64,000 nucleotides of DNA from Candidatus Magasanikbacteria bacterium GW2011_GWC2_37_14 (GCA_000990355.1 LBSX01000007.1:441-64440), one strand, 5' to 3'; positions 40,301-48,732 are shown, counted from the stretch's first letter. Program-made: numbers and translations. The notes: generated by a model from the letters alone, not told the origin.

Positions 40301-43300
40301 AAATTAAAATTATTTTTTAAAATTAAATTTACTTCATCTAATGTTTTTTCTGCTACTTGTGTTGAATGAATAAATTCTAACTTGTTAATTTTTCCATAAA
40401 ATAATCTAGAATTGTCATCTAATGAAGAAATAATATTACCTATTCTAAATGGCAAACTCTCTTTTTTTATTAAATCCGGATCTAAACCCAACTGGATTTT
40501 CGGAATAATTGGTAATGGATTACCCCCTTCACTTAAATAAACATTCATTTTATTATCCTTAATTTCAATCTTTAAATTATAAAGATTGGTAGAATTGTTT
40601 AATAAAGCCACATTCGCTCCATAATCACGCATCGACTTATCAAGAAAAACAGCCGAATGAATAAACAAATATCTTTTTACAATACCATCATTTTTTACTT
40701 GTTCATTTATATACACTTGTTCTTTGCCATCATTCCTAAAAAATAAAAATCTATATTTCATCCACAAATCACCACTTTCAATAAAACCAACATCCGATGA
40801 GGTTGTCAAATTATCTAGTTCAATATCAAATTCAATGGCAGTATCATTTAACAAAGAATAATCACCATTTGTGTCATTGTAAACTTTTGCTTCTGCCAAA
40901 GTATTTATACTATTACCAAGATTTAAACCAATGATATCCGCTAAATCAGCACTCTCGGTTACTATTTTATAAACTGTTTTACCACCAATAAATTTGGTAT
41001 CAATATTTTTTGGTATATTAACTATCACTTGAGTATCTTGCCAATTTTCCGAACACTGTGGTGGTAAACCAACAGTGGTTAATTCTTTACATTTAGTAGA
41101 ATCATAATTTATTGCACAAGCTTTGGCGTCGTTACTATTACCTGCCAAATAAACATGTCCACTAGAACCAAAATTAGACCCATAAATGGTAATTAAACTA
41201 CCAGGGGTTGTGGTAACTGGATCAATAGAACTAATAATTGGTGTTTTAACTGAACCATCACTCAAAATTTCAAATGGCACGCCATTACTATTTTCACCAT
41301 TCACTGTAGCTACTACCCCAACTTTACCTGCACTCAAAACTGGCACAAAAGACCTTACCACAGCATCAGACCAACCAGCACCAACAATTATGGCTTGTAC
41401 CCCACCAAATTTCATGGTGCTACCACTTTGGGTATCACCCAATCCTTTGCCCTGTATTACTACTTGCGCCTTAGATTCTGCTTCTCCTGGTGTAATCGCA
41501 CAAAGACCAGGACGTATAGCGTCATTTTTTAAAAACCAACCGTCATTTGGCCCTGGCATTACACCCCATTCAGGAGTAGTAAGCCCAGCAGTGTCATCAC
41601 TTGGTTTAATTGATTCGCCAGCAATCGTTAAAGTTTTAGCTGATTCTAATTTAATATCACTCAAAAAATTACGATCTAAATCAATATCAGCGGGCACTTC
41701 AATAATTACCCATTGGTCATGCCAAACATTTGTACCTTCTCCGCAATCAGCCAAATTTACATCTAGCCAATCTCCAGCACTTACTTCTCCATCTTGATTT
41801 TTATCTATTCCAAAACTCACTTTGCCTTTGGTACTACCAAAATTTCTTCCCAAAATTGTTACCCAATTACCAGCTCCCCCGTCCATTGGTTCTACATTTT
41901 CAATCAAAGGAAAGGGGCGACAAATTTTGTCATTAACATTTCCTGCGCCAACAGGGTCAATACATTTAAAACTGTAAGCGCAATCAAGGTCATCATGGCA
42001 CGAAGCCCCATCACCACCTCCACAAGAACCACCAACATCTGTCCCTGTTTCATTGCCATTTTTTATTCTATCTTTGCAATGAGCTCCAACCAACATATAG
42101 GTACTAGTAACTTCGGCAAACTTACTATCAATATCATTTCCTCGCAAAGTAAGAGAAATACGCTGTGGAACAATTAAATTTTCTGGAAAAAATACACGTT
42201 GACTAAAATTATAAGGATTATCTATAGGCGCATCCGAAGTGCTAGCAGGGCCATTAAAATAACCATAAATTCTCTCTCCTAAATTTTCAAAACTTCCATT
42301 ATTGAGTGTTAAACCTACATAACCAGCGCCACTTTCATCACTTTCACTGGTTCCAAAATAATATGCACTACCAACTGGCAAACGATCATCAGCTATCTCT
42401 TCTCTCACTCCACTTTTGTTTACCATTTCTACAACTAAGGGAGTTAAAATTGGGGCTAGACTATCTTTTACCGCACTCGTAGTTACGGTAAACTCTGCTT
42501 CGGCACTAAAATCTCCACAACTAGTTTTTAATTCCAAATTATAACCATCAATATCTTTGATATTGGGGCTAACAATTACTTGGTAAGTACCAGCTGGCAA
42601 ACAACTGGTGCTATCTTCACATTTTGTTTCACCAATATAAGTAGCCTGTATTAAACTATTGGCATCTGCCAACTCTCTACCCAAAACTTCAAAACTAAAT
42701 TCTTCGGTAGAGGTAACATTATTACGTAAAATTGTTAGATAATTTTTTATTTCATTACTACTCATGTTTTGCAGTTTTCTGCTAAATGTTACCCGAATAA
42801 CTGCATTATTCATTTGGGTATTGGTAGTTTTTGGGGTAATGCTTTGTACGACAAAATGTTTGTCTTCACAAGAACATAGAGTAGGAAATTCTCTGCAAAA
42901 AACACTCTCACATTCATCACGATTTTCCAAAACATATTTTAAATCGCGACAAGACAAATTGTCTCCATTGCCATCACCAAAACCTGTAGCGTCGGATAAC
43001 TGATTAATTACAAACTGAGCAATAGCCAAAGCTGAAAGAATAATCATTATACCAATCGCGGCATTAATTAAAATCTTTCTTGCCTGTCCAACTTTTTCTT
43101 CATTTCCCGCCGAAGTCATATAAACAAAACCACCATAAAGCATTAAGCCTAGGGCAATAATACCAAGTAAACCCAAAATAGCTCGGATAATCTGGGCAAT
43201 AATTAAACGGATATCAGTAGCTGGAAGATCTAAACTACCCCCGATTCTGTTTAAGCCAAAAGCATCTTGAGCAAAAACATTTGTTTTGAATAACAAAAAC

Positions 43301-43365
43301 ATCCCTAATAATAAAATTATGGAAAAGAAAATATTTTTTATAATTTTATTTTTACTCCAAAACAT
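31378..43365 (-). CDS. giant (3995 aa) secreted/surface protein: N-terminal signal plus two-helix membrane hairpin, Big_5-like Ig domains, many Myxococcus-type cysteine-rich repeats (CGDGxVxxGEECD) and TSP3 repeats
   Basis: Single uninterrupted ORF. Motifs read directly: CGDGEVGAGEDCD, CGSGSVTLGEECD, CGDGIVAPGEECE, CGDGVLDAGQEECDDGN, and DNCPNNYNPLQNDIDGDGIGDACD. Confidence 0.85.
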   Translation of the reverse strand: MFWSKNKIIKNIFFSIILLLGMFLLFKTNVFAQDAFGLNRIGGSLDLPATDIRLIIAQIIRAILGLLGIIALGLMLYGGFVYMTSAGNEEKVGQARKILINAAIGIMIILSALAIAQFVINQLSDATGFGDGNGDNLSCRDLKYVLENRDECESVFCREFPTLCSCEDKHFVVQSITPKTTNTQMNNAVIRVTFSRKLQNMSSNEIKNYLTILRNNVTSTEEFSFEVLGRELADANSLIQATYIGETKCEDSTSCLPAGTYQVIVSPNIKDIDGYNLELKTSCGDFSAEAEFTVTTSAVKDSLAPILTPLVVEMVNKSGVREEIADDRLPVGSAYYFGTSESDESGAGYVGLTLNNGSFENLGERIYGYFNGPASTSDAPIDNPYNFSQRVFFPENLIVPQRISLTLRGNDIDSKFAEVTSTYMLVGAHCKDRIKNGNETGTDVGGSCGGGDGASCHDDLDCAYSFKCIDPVGAGNVNDKICRPFPLIENVEPMDGGAGNWVTILGRNFGSTKGKVSFGIDKNQDGEVSAGDWLDVNLADCGEGTNVWHDQWVIIEVPADIDLDRNFLSDIKLESAKTLTIAGESIKPSDDTAGLTTPEWGVMPGPNDGWFLKNDAIRPGLCAITPGEAESKAQVVIQGKGLGDTQSGSTMKFGGVQAIIVGAGWSDAVVRSFVPVLSAGKVGVVATVNGENSNGVPFEILSDGSVKTPIISSIDPVTTTPGSLITIYGSNFGSSGHVYLAGNSNDAKACAINYDSTKCKELTTVGLPPQCSENWQDTQVIVNIPKNIDTKFIGGKTVYKIVTESADLADIIGLNLGNSINTLAEAKVYNDTNGDYSLLNDTAIEFDIELDNLTTSSDVGFIESGDLWMKYRFLFFRNDGKEQVYINEQVKNDGIVKRYLFIHSAVFLDKSMRDYGANVALLNNSTNLYNLKIEIKDNKMNVYLSEGGNPLPIIPKIQLGLDPDLIKKESLPFRIGNIISSLDDNSRLFYGKINKLEFIHSTQVAEKTLDEVNLILKNNFNLASSGENTFGLMVGEPQPGICAIAPASGPAPLPAGKFLNLYGINFSDTPTVKFWSPNTSGGWLENSEAINAVGFAYSKSIDGEKIQTIIPYENGLTMETGAIKVQDKNNRIGNSVNYLVNDCRDSNTAMPGFQCCSEGAEAGKWKLSTLSCKGQPDSAGYVWRFTTGLIPHLPEVMEVCDQVNWSKGTVTVPFPTPVPWQNWEGGTNACLNASIAVRFNMPMKNNFVGKVTVYKCAEAKNGDIDCSDKEEVEVNGPIYNNPVLYIHDGTTNLVSNTWYHVELKDNIFSAERRETLGNFVEFNQPLKKTKPCSDGTAYCFDFKTGDGNCTLASAGIIPDNYVTHLLGVVQDFSHPQDLVNPFNPHPPAQPYFYYVWGRGSQKCSVLNVDGYGWNWQTDNESWVSSTISRGGSDPSDNKLTPRYIDSRAKIIAWSNTTPWNVKITATTNTLQNVTDDNLTTITGTSTLVVDLSDPKVISYWPNCEEACINAGIGAQFNQMMVTSTFADGLEFYMCGDELCSEDKLDEQNDLISIDESMSSYNTLRINVSDPYLVKNSWYLVRLTSEIKAIGAFKANGSIQVGNDLQAFAWKFRTKNDDTPCKAEKVEVVPNNFTSFLIGEKTKYLSLPKTKPDSCSPYGQDLNPWSFGWEWTADVTEVATISNFSTGDPLNSFCSPVCKPLGSDKKLIEVPTYCGDGEVGAGEDCDIDDPDTEAGCGYNCLHTGNNLTTTTVGINLGLCGDGFVSTALGEECDPGDMDQKNYCKSNNCTWKGSASTQPAGQVTVSWCGSGSVTLGEECDTKDTATKKGCSSNCLHIGTALSQAWCDEQAADEQTAADVPQACNNAISICGNDIVESGEECEIIDDVAKKIKVHNEGDTLFTTIQPANKVCNSSCLLQNLCNEDYDEENLDVSDLKCDTNEQWCRPDCTLRGSSPNYTQPSLCGDGETGSGEYGFCEVSLSGENLGENPVQVATAVGEGEVDPATDDQYTPINAKAISFTNANGDKVGLQTAEQKTGTGKYYLQCGYKEFETQAEYGDFAGWYNNCPGDADGAQEVNTFGVGKNSCCYYRPVRNTVYPIDGAGFEEGSEGVCLNTYLEATFNNEIDKQTVLDNIVLLKGTTSSTYNCANNNTIDRTAWANELMGIDALEQDTKLLGFLNNIWQKIKLFFVSLFTNDQAVATTITPASVVWCEGSVGVQSKVRYEEITVGNETFVNTTTIAIYINNLLEKDTEYAVILKGGNSGIKDVRGVGIRAKDGENNDQLDDVWLFKTGKDVCKINKVTVSPEKAWYKKANTSEFFDSFAESENGQIIVSLPPAYGWTWHWAPANNRVFAIPDSDNPLDATSDSVDIASRQVEGSLIAVAQAKVTHDLSLTNNQVGKIFTGRTELTAKFCERPWPEPETEDSWLPLKDNKYNFSLSYCADAGRSGTTTDDLPFMNLLPVIEKDTGTNIVVVPGQCAQNPSTSCTTDASCPPIVTATPGKCVHSPSTSCTTSADCPDYSVAQPGACSLKSNNQSTVCNVDTDCPTTDWYVLPGESSLYVSCSKYGGAYNFQYYKDKSCKFRHLVTESKYCTITGQYPPDYASTYRFCTDATGCNAGENCVPFDPIWKISGVVNTCVGAAPASLVADTCSGVGTSSVADQCTGGGEQVEEIMNPTLTDDTLRRYLLFSNINDDVIGIQIFQNPDRLSAYDWYTSPQRFPNTQNAKRVELAGFDAVQDGDNYYINALNLVTTTGHDYALWNNIYQISLNKGAQANTKKVLEQILGSLEFNINISDHKYCLNDGTLFDNQDNINDQFSCNTDFECRETNGNIKTNTSGICSNAKTKFFRDLRRLNDIAGMQNKLASYFTSNLNKVTFEGNLPGGTFIPGATLSLWPSWNNTLGAKVGTLPQDPVNAWTSCTDAGLGAEKQTCWYAPSSTVYCPVFSNIYEYNYVSSTKSYLLHSPLEFFALSSNIVEEKINTSTFTTTPWCNSETPFRAFGEKCGDGIVAPGEECEPPGKNELTAQTKIGGVLTACAGATKAARTCTNTCTWSYGACQADFTCGNGEKESAEFCDEGQLNGTYGHCAGENSVGVVACMGPHQAYCGNFHNIVYSSIDSLIDKDANNKPLELCDFTSTTPLAQNKASIRTGNWVFQGNCSETSVNVNGGLISGLGNWLNYANQYNLDKLVDINTLQSHIINFDLGLEDPLKIQCNLSSFPGLDCDGDEIINDLDNCPKNANSVMSSSCPAGQPFCLPSEMQLKKSNGPDSDGDGLGNACDYYPNCAENDVDKDEKCGTEDNCPNNYNPLQNDIDGDGIGDACDEVSVILMQALQDLNDANKTGWAKERNDICTDKIGYCALNTNFVCRTNDDCNINTQSINIDEGLSGYSNVNDFLNDVKTTSEYKGRCVPIIASYAKNKEYSCSWDCQKYGSYCGDGVLDAGQEECDDGNDVDTDKCQNNCKLKATVFCGDGLVNGSETCDDGMQCENKKPCTTDNTCAGIGKGKCLPRNGDGCSISCALESGQENYCGNGIVDENLKEACDMGAQNGLECTPEYGKGKICTWCSGDCKKVFTKETTDYCGNGKIDVIVSSTTPVFEKCDVKSDGTVVSSTYNPTTKVVGEANKSCNVNDKGNFSCENNCLDLQNNCINCAEMDRVDGGANPMIAILNPMIEQGFNWDSIYGVELVSLYRNYPNVLGYLYYFKQIKLNINENGVPTNYAYFYKSSSLITVEDVLPKGIETNLQCKDEYKVFFNENGLQTKVSGGGTANDFWKNGYGDIFDYPVNDESLRIENDVIMSPAVPTSTVRIVVKWTSEEENKLGGFVGDVIKTNSPTEWTHNRLPTTTFGTIIKNADEYWVPDGCTSLVCVHAKVHTPKIYVQSFTVDAGAGKDYVFTVSALTNFIGGPAKRSNLQVEVYTAHANQIPAYSIYKPTRTFSIRNASGTSSNARAKYWYVFKIRGNNTAPIIAPVDVDHADGVIRTDECDVKVSADVLESCPTT

Positions 43366-43377
43366 AAAAAACTATTC

Positions 43378-45549
43378 TTATTTGAAAATAACTGTTTGAG
43401 AAATATCTTCGGTTTTTAAAGCCGACAAACATTTAGCAACTGTGGAGGTAACTTGTAAATCAGTATCGGTTGTTTGTACACAACCAGTATCTTTGGCACT
43501 CGCTGTTTCTACACCTACACAATTTTCTGTTGACAGAATACTACCATCATCTTCGTTGTAAGTAACTATACAAGCAGTTGATTGTCCTTGTGCCCCTTGT
43601 ACCACCGGGCCTCTTCCTGGATAAACACAATTTTGTACCAAATTTTTTATTGTACTAGGGATAGAAGGAAAATAATACAAATCTGCATTGTTTGGCCCAA
43701 AAATTCGGTGGTCCAGTTTGGTAACAGTTTTTCCAGCAAAAGTTTCGGAAATTGGACAAAACCAAATTGGCTCTACACCATTTACCGCAACCGGATATTC
43801 GTCTAATTTTATTCCATAAACAGAGTCTAGCCACATCCGACTATTAAAATGTATTTTTAAAGGTGCATTGTCAGTTACATTCTCCTCATCAATATCTGGT
43901 TCCACAGTTTGGATATAAGGTGAGGTACGATCTATTTTATTTATAATATTAAAATTCCAATAAAAATTATCTGGATTTCTTTCATTATCATTAATTAAAA
44001 GTGGATTACTAATTGTCGGTTTATGCGGTGTAGCTAATCTACCTTGGTTATTGTCATCCAAAGCATTACTCGCCATATCCATTGCACCCGAAAAAGGCAT
44101 ACCCTCAAATGGTAATTGTGCCCCTGGCATTAAATCTGCCGTACGTACCAGTGCCTTAAAGGGTTTGGTACAATTTTCTGCGTTAGAGGGGCAATCCAAT
44201 GGCAAACAATACATAGTTTCGCCACAACTATTTTGTCCACAAGCCAAACTTGAAACAAATTCCAAAGTACGGTAACGATTGGATAATTTCCAATTACCCA
44301 AAGTAGTAGTTGGAGTAACTCCAAAATTAGTATTTAAAATAACATTGGCAAAACTAGTGGGGTCAGCAATTATTTGTCCTTGCACACCAGTAGGATCCAT
44401 GGCCTCACTAAAATTTATTTGGATAATAGAATTACGTGCCGGTGTATCTTTGCCTGTTTCATTGCCAGTGGGATAAGTATCTACTACATATGGTGGAGTA
44501 AAATCTATTTGAGTATTGGTCTGAAAATTCCATTCATAATCCTTACGGCCAATATTCTTGGAAAACACTCCAGGTGTATCTCCTGGGGCTGGTTCTTTGT
44601 ATAAAATATTATTGGTTAAACGCACACTATACCAAACATCAGTGGTTTCACTGCCAATAAAATCATAAGGTTTAAAAACAAAAGTACGAGTATTTTTTTG
44701 TGCACCATCTTCATAAATAGTAAGAGCACTAGCCGTTACCAATTGCCCACCATTGGCAGTAATACTACCAAGATTGGCAAAATAAGTGTCAGTTGCCATA
44801 AAAATACCAATTGTACTAGTATTCATGGCGTCACATTCTGTAAGCCTGTTAATTTTATTATCTTTATTAACATCCAAGCAATCACCATAATAAGGAATAG
44901 CAGGAACCGCTCCACCAAACTCACAAGTAGTGGTAGGTTTATTATCTCCACCCCAACAACTACTATTCGTATTTACAATAATCGAAGCTGGATCAATTGG
45001 CTCAAAAAAAGTAACAACTATTGAGGTATTGCGTGGCACAGCTGTTTGATCACGGAAAGGATAATGGTCTTTTACCACTTGGCCCAAAGCGCCACTACCA
45101 GCAAAAGTGTTAATAATTGGCACCCCAGCAGCACCACGCCCGTTGTTTTGATTGCCGTCCGAAAGCATGTTAATTATAAATTGAGCAATAGCAAAAGCCG
45201 ACAAAATTATTGCCAAGCCAATCACGGCATTGATCATAATTTTTTTGCCTTTTGACACTTCTTCTTCGTTGCCACCCGAAGTCATAATCACATAACCAGC
45301 ATACATCATTATTACCAAAGCAATAGTTCCCAGCAATCCAAAAATTGCTCGAATGATTTGAGCAATAATTATACGAATATCAGTTTTTACCAAACCAATA
45401 CTATTTTCTACTGGTTGCAAACCAAACAAGTCATTGTTTTGTGCCTGCGCTGGCAAAACTTGCCAAAACAAAAAAGCCACCACAAAAACTAACAGCCCAA
45501 GGATGGCGGCTTTTAACCAAGAATGATTTTTATTTATCCAAGGCAGCAT
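43378..45549 (-). CDS. 723-aa secreted protein sharing the N-terminal membrane-hairpin domain of the giant protein, with Big_5-like (..IQINFSEAMDPTG..) domains
   Basis: N-terminal residues 50-125 align residue-by-residue with the giant protein (IRIIIAQIIRAIFGLLGTIAL.. vs IRLIIAQIIRAILGLLGIIAL..). Confidence 0.8.
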   Translation of the reverse strand: MLPWINKNHSWLKAAILGLLVFVVAFLFWQVLPAQAQNNDLFGLQPVENSIGLVKTDIRIIIAQIIRAIFGLLGTIALVIMMYAGYVIMTSGGNEEEVSKGKKIMINAVIGLAIILSAFAIAQFIINMLSDGNQNNGRGAAGVPIINTFAGSGALGQVVKDHYPFRDQTAVPRNTSIVVTFFEPIDPASIIVNTNSSCWGGDNKPTTTCEFGGAVPAIPYYGDCLDVNKDNKINRLTECDAMNTSTIGIFMATDTYFANLGSITANGGQLVTASALTIYEDGAQKNTRTFVFKPYDFIGSETTDVWYSVRLTNNILYKEPAPGDTPGVFSKNIGRKDYEWNFQTNTQIDFTPPYVVDTYPTGNETGKDTPARNSIIQINFSEAMDPTGVQGQIIADPTSFANVILNTNFGVTPTTTLGNWKLSNRYRTLEFVSSLACGQNSCGETMYCLPLDCPSNAENCTKPFKALVRTADLMPGAQLPFEGMPFSGAMDMASNALDDNNQGRLATPHKPTISNPLLINDNERNPDNFYWNFNIINKIDRTSPYIQTVEPDIDEENVTDNAPLKIHFNSRMWLDSVYGIKLDEYPVAVNGVEPIWFCPISETFAGKTVTKLDHRIFGPNNADLYYFPSIPSTIKNLVQNCVYPGRGPVVQGAQGQSTACIVTYNEDDGSILSTENCVGVETASAKDTGCVQTTDTDLQVTSTVAKCLSALKTEDISQTVIFK

Positions 45550-45574
45550 GGAACCTTAGATTAAACATTAAAAC

Positions 45575-46027
45575 TTATTTTTGTAAGAATTTACTCACAA
45601 CTTCGCGTACAATATTACCATCGGCCTTACCTTTTAATTCTTTCATTACCAAGCCCATGGTTTTTCCGACATCGGGAGCGCTGAATAAATTTTCACGCTC
45701 CAAAATTTTCTTTACCAAAATTTCAATTTCTTCTTTACTTAATTGCTTTGGTAAATAAACTTGCAAATAAGCAATTTCTTTTTCTACTTGTAATACCAAA
45801 TCTTCGCGTCCGCCTCTTTTAAAATCAGCCAATGAATCTTGCAATTGTTTTACTTGACGTAAAAGCACTGCCTGAATTTCGCTATCATCCAAAGGTTGCT
45901 GTTTTTCTATTTCAGCATTTTTTAATGCCGAAGATAAAATACGCAAAATTGACAAACGACCTTCATCCTTTTCTTTCATGGATTGCAACTGATCAGCGGA
46001 AATTTTCGTTCTGAGTTCCGATGACAT
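45575..46027 (-). CDS. GatB/YqeY domain protein
   Basis: 150 aa with typical YqeY layout (..LKNAEIEKQ...QLSKEEI..). Confidence 0.8.
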   Translation of the reverse strand: MSSELRTKISADQLQSMKEKDEGRLSILRILSSALKNAEIEKQQPLDDSEIQAVLLRQVKQLQDSLADFKRGGREDLVLQVEKEIAYLQVYLPKQLSKEEIEILVKKILERENLFSAPDVGKTMGLVMKELKGKADGNIVREVVSKFLQK

Positions 46028-46036
46028 AATTGTAGT

Positions 46037-46288
46037 TTAATATTTTTTTTGTTCTAATGGATCTTCGCGTAAACGACCAGTTTTGCGCAAGTATTCGGTT
46101 TTGGCAACCTTTTTAATATACTTCACGCGATTTTTATTTTGTTCGTTCTTACTTTTCTTTTCTTCAAAGAACTGGATTTTTCTAGCCTGTAATAATTTTC
46201 CAGACTGTTGCCAGCGTCTTTTTACTCTACGTAAAAAAGCATCGAAAGATTCTCCTTTTTTTCTTTTAATTTCTGACACAATATTCAC
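46037..46288 (-). CDS. rpsU: 30S ribosomal protein bS21
   Basis: 83 aa, basic, with the F(D/E)xALRRFKR-like core (ESFDAFLRRVKRRW). Confidence 0.75.
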   Translation of the reverse strand: MNIVSEIKRKKGESFDAFLRRVKRRWQQSGKLLQARKIQFFEEKKSKNEQNKNRVKYIKKVAKTEYLRKTGRLREDPLEQKKY

Positions 46289-46352
46289 CTCCCCCCCCTA
46301 TTAAAAATTAATTAACTTATTAAACCTATATTACACTAAATCTACGCAAAAG

Positions 46353-47771
46353 TCAAACTTTTGGCTGGAGCTTTTTTTCAAGCGCATTTTTTAGTTTTTT
46401 CTGGTCCACAATTTCTTGAATTCCCGATTCCATATCGCGGATAATTGCCGTGCCATCTTGGACTTCTTTTTGCCCCAAAATTAAACTATAACGCACTTTT
46501 AATTTGTCGGCCATTTCCATTTGTCCTTTTAAAGAAGACTTGCCAAAACTATGAGCTACTACAATACCAGACTTTCTTAAAACTTCTAATAAACGCAAAG
46601 CCCGACGGCGCGCTTGTTCACCAAGCTGAGCAAAAAATACGGACGGGAATACTTCTTTTATTTTACAAGTTCCTTCATCGGTTTGTTTGCGCAAAACACT
46701 TATTACCCTTTCTAGGCCAATAGAAAAACCGGCACCTGGCGTTGGCCGTCCACCCAATTGTTCTACCAAACCATTGTAGCGGCCACCACCACACAAAGCC
46801 GATTGAGCACCTTCACTGTCTTCTTCCAAATAAATTTCAAAAACAGTATCGGTGTAATAATCCAAACCTCGTACCAAAGTATTTTGCAGAACATAGGGCA
46901 CATTTATTTCATCTAAATATTCCAAAACTTTCATAAAATAAGACTTGGAACTTTCGGAAAGCCATTCAATAATTTGTGGTGCTTCATTTAAAACTTCTTT
47001 ACATTCTAAATTTTTGCAATCCAAAACGCGCAAAGGATTTTTTACCAAACGTTTTTTGCAATCTTCACAAAGATAACTGCGTTTGGTGCGCAAATAACCA
47101 GTTAATTCTATTAAATAATTTTGACGATCTTCGGGAGTGCCCAAGCTATTTAAATGCACATTTACTTTCAAACCCAAATCTTCTAAAAAATGATAAGCCA
47201 CGGCAATAAGTTCGGCATCTACCACCGGATCGTGTACGCCAAAAGATTCACAACCAAATTGGGTAAACTGGCGATAACGTCCTGCTTGAGGACGATCATG
47301 ACGAAACATTGGTCCATAGTACCAAAATTTTACTGGTTGCGGTAAACTTTGCATGCCATGAACAATAAAAGCTCGGGCGCAAGAAGCAGTGGCTTCGGGG
47401 CGCAAACAAATTTTGCCACCATCCAAGTCTTCAAAAGAATACATTTCTTTGTCTACTACATCGGTGCCCCGTCCCAAAGAACGAACAAAAAGAGCTGTTT
47501 CTTCCAAAATTGGGGTGTTGATCAATCCAAAACCATAGGCTTCGGCTAAATTTTCGGCTGTGTGGTGCAAAGTCTTCCAAAAAAATTCTTCTTTTGGCAA
47601 CAAATCCTTCATACCCCGAAGTAAGGCTGGAGTGCGCACCGAACCTTTTGTAGAAATTGTATTCTCTTCTCCGTCATTTTTGGCAGGAGTATTTTTTTCT
47701 TTTTTAACTAATTTTTTTTCTGAAAGATTTTTTTTCTTAGCAATTTTTTTATTATTTTTTTTAAGAATCAT
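46353..47771 (-). CDS. hisS: histidine--tRNA ligase with a ~45-aa Lys-rich N-terminal extension
   Basis: Class II motifs, HisRS-specific ...GGGRYNGL and a C-terminal anticodon-binding domain. Confidence 0.9.
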   Translation of the reverse strand: MILKKNNKKIAKKKNLSEKKLVKKEKNTPAKNDGEENTISTKGSVRTPALLRGMKDLLPKEEFFWKTLHHTAENLAEAYGFGLINTPILEETALFVRSLGRGTDVVDKEMYSFEDLDGGKICLRPEATASCARAFIVHGMQSLPQPVKFWYYGPMFRHDRPQAGRYRQFTQFGCESFGVHDPVVDAELIAVAYHFLEDLGLKVNVHLNSLGTPEDRQNYLIELTGYLRTKRSYLCEDCKKRLVKNPLRVLDCKNLECKEVLNEAPQIIEWLSESSKSYFMKVLEYLDEINVPYVLQNTLVRGLDYYTDTVFEIYLEEDSEGAQSALCGGGRYNGLVEQLGGRPTPGAGFSIGLERVISVLRKQTDEGTCKIKEVFPSVFFAQLGEQARRRALRLLEVLRKSGIVVAHSFGKSSLKGQMEMADKLKVRYSLILGQKEVQDGTAIIRDMESGIQEIVDQKKLKNALEKKLQPKV

Positions 47772-47776
47772 AAAGA

Positions 47777-48406
47777 TTATAAATTATAATTAGGAATAGA
47801 AAATTTAGTTATTTTATTTAATGGCCAGCCACGCAACCAAGCTCGACCAACAATTTCTTCTTTTTTAACTGGTCCAAAACGCCGAGAATCATAACTAGCA
47901 CCACGGTTATCTCCCAAAACAAAGTATTCATCGGCACCCAAAGTTTGCACCAAAGAACCAGTAGTCTTTTGATCCAAATAAATTTCTTCAACCAAAACTC
48001 CTTCGGGATGAGTTTCATTATAAATAATAATTTTATTGTTATCTATTTTTACTCGTTCGCCGGGCAAACCCACGACTCTTTTTAAATAATAATCACTATT
48101 GGATGGTGAATGAAGCACAATTACTTCACCTCTTTCGGGTGGACGAAAACGATAAGATAGTTCGTCAATTATTAAATAATCATTTTCATGAAAATTTGGC
48201 TCCATGGATTGCCCTTTTACATAAAAAGGTTTGAACAAAAAATAACGCACCAAACCAATGGTAATGACTGCCAAAATCGCCATTTTTAAAAAATCAAAAA
48301 AAATAGCACTAAACTTTTGTAAAAAAGTTTGCTCTTGATGGCTAACCACAGCCGAATTTATTAACTTTTCTGCTGATTCTTCTATTTTATCCTCTTCTTG
48401 GTTCAT
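47777..48406 (-). CDS. lepB: signal peptidase I
   Basis: N-terminal TM, GQSMEPNF (Ser box), VVGLPGERV and LGDNRGASYDSR. Confidence 0.9.
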   Translation of the reverse strand: MNQEEDKIEESAEKLINSAVVSHQEQTFLQKFSAIFFDFLKMAILAVITIGLVRYFLFKPFYVKGQSMEPNFHENDYLIIDELSYRFRPPERGEVIVLHSPSNSDYYLKRVVGLPGERVKIDNNKIIIYNETHPEGVLVEEIYLDQKTTGSLVQTLGADEYFVLGDNRGASYDSRRFGPVKKEEIVGRAWLRGWPLNKITKFSIPNYNL

Positions 48407-48464
48407 AAATATTTATTAGTACTAAATTATAACGCAAAAAACCGAAAAAAGCAAATAAAAAAAA

Positions 48465-48731
48465 TCAATTAGAAATTGTCTGTTTAATAAAATTTTCAAC
48501 ACTCAGTTCAGTCAATTTTACTTTAATTTTTTTTATTTTGTATTCTATCTGTCTAGCTTGTTTTATATCTTCAAATTCCCAAAATCTTTTTATTTTCCAG
48601 GGGCCTTTACCACAGGTAGATTTCGTTAACCCTTGATTATGTTCCTTTTCTCTGCTAAAAATATCAACAGTACTACCTAAATAAGGCCGCAAACAATTCG
48701 GACTTTCCAATAAATAAATATAACCTTTCAT
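48465..48731 (-). CDS. GIY-YIG nuclease domain protein (YhbQ/UPF0213-like)
   Basis: 88 aa with GYIYLLES...YLGST...REKEHN. Its start codon lies 1 nt from the tRNA-Ile 3' end. Confidence 0.8.
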   Translation of the reverse strand: MKGYIYLLESPNCLRPYLGSTVDIFSREKEHNQGLTKSTCGKGPWKIKRFWEFEDIKQARQIEYKIKKIKVKLTELSVENFIKQTISN

Positions 48732-48732
48732 G

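Noticed and set aside
31378-45549. Dozens of 60-200-aa plus-strand ORFs inside the giant-protein and 723-aa genes
   Set aside because: They are antisense to a single uninterrupted 12-kb reading frame with coherent domain structure. They have low-complexity, Ile/Phe/Asn-rich composition typical of AT-rich antisense frames.
46353-47771. Lys-rich ~45-aa N-terminal extension of HisRS as a separate feature
   Set aside because: Low-complexity N-terminal extensions on aminoacyl-tRNA synthetases are common. The true start may simply be an internal Met, so it is not distinctive enough.
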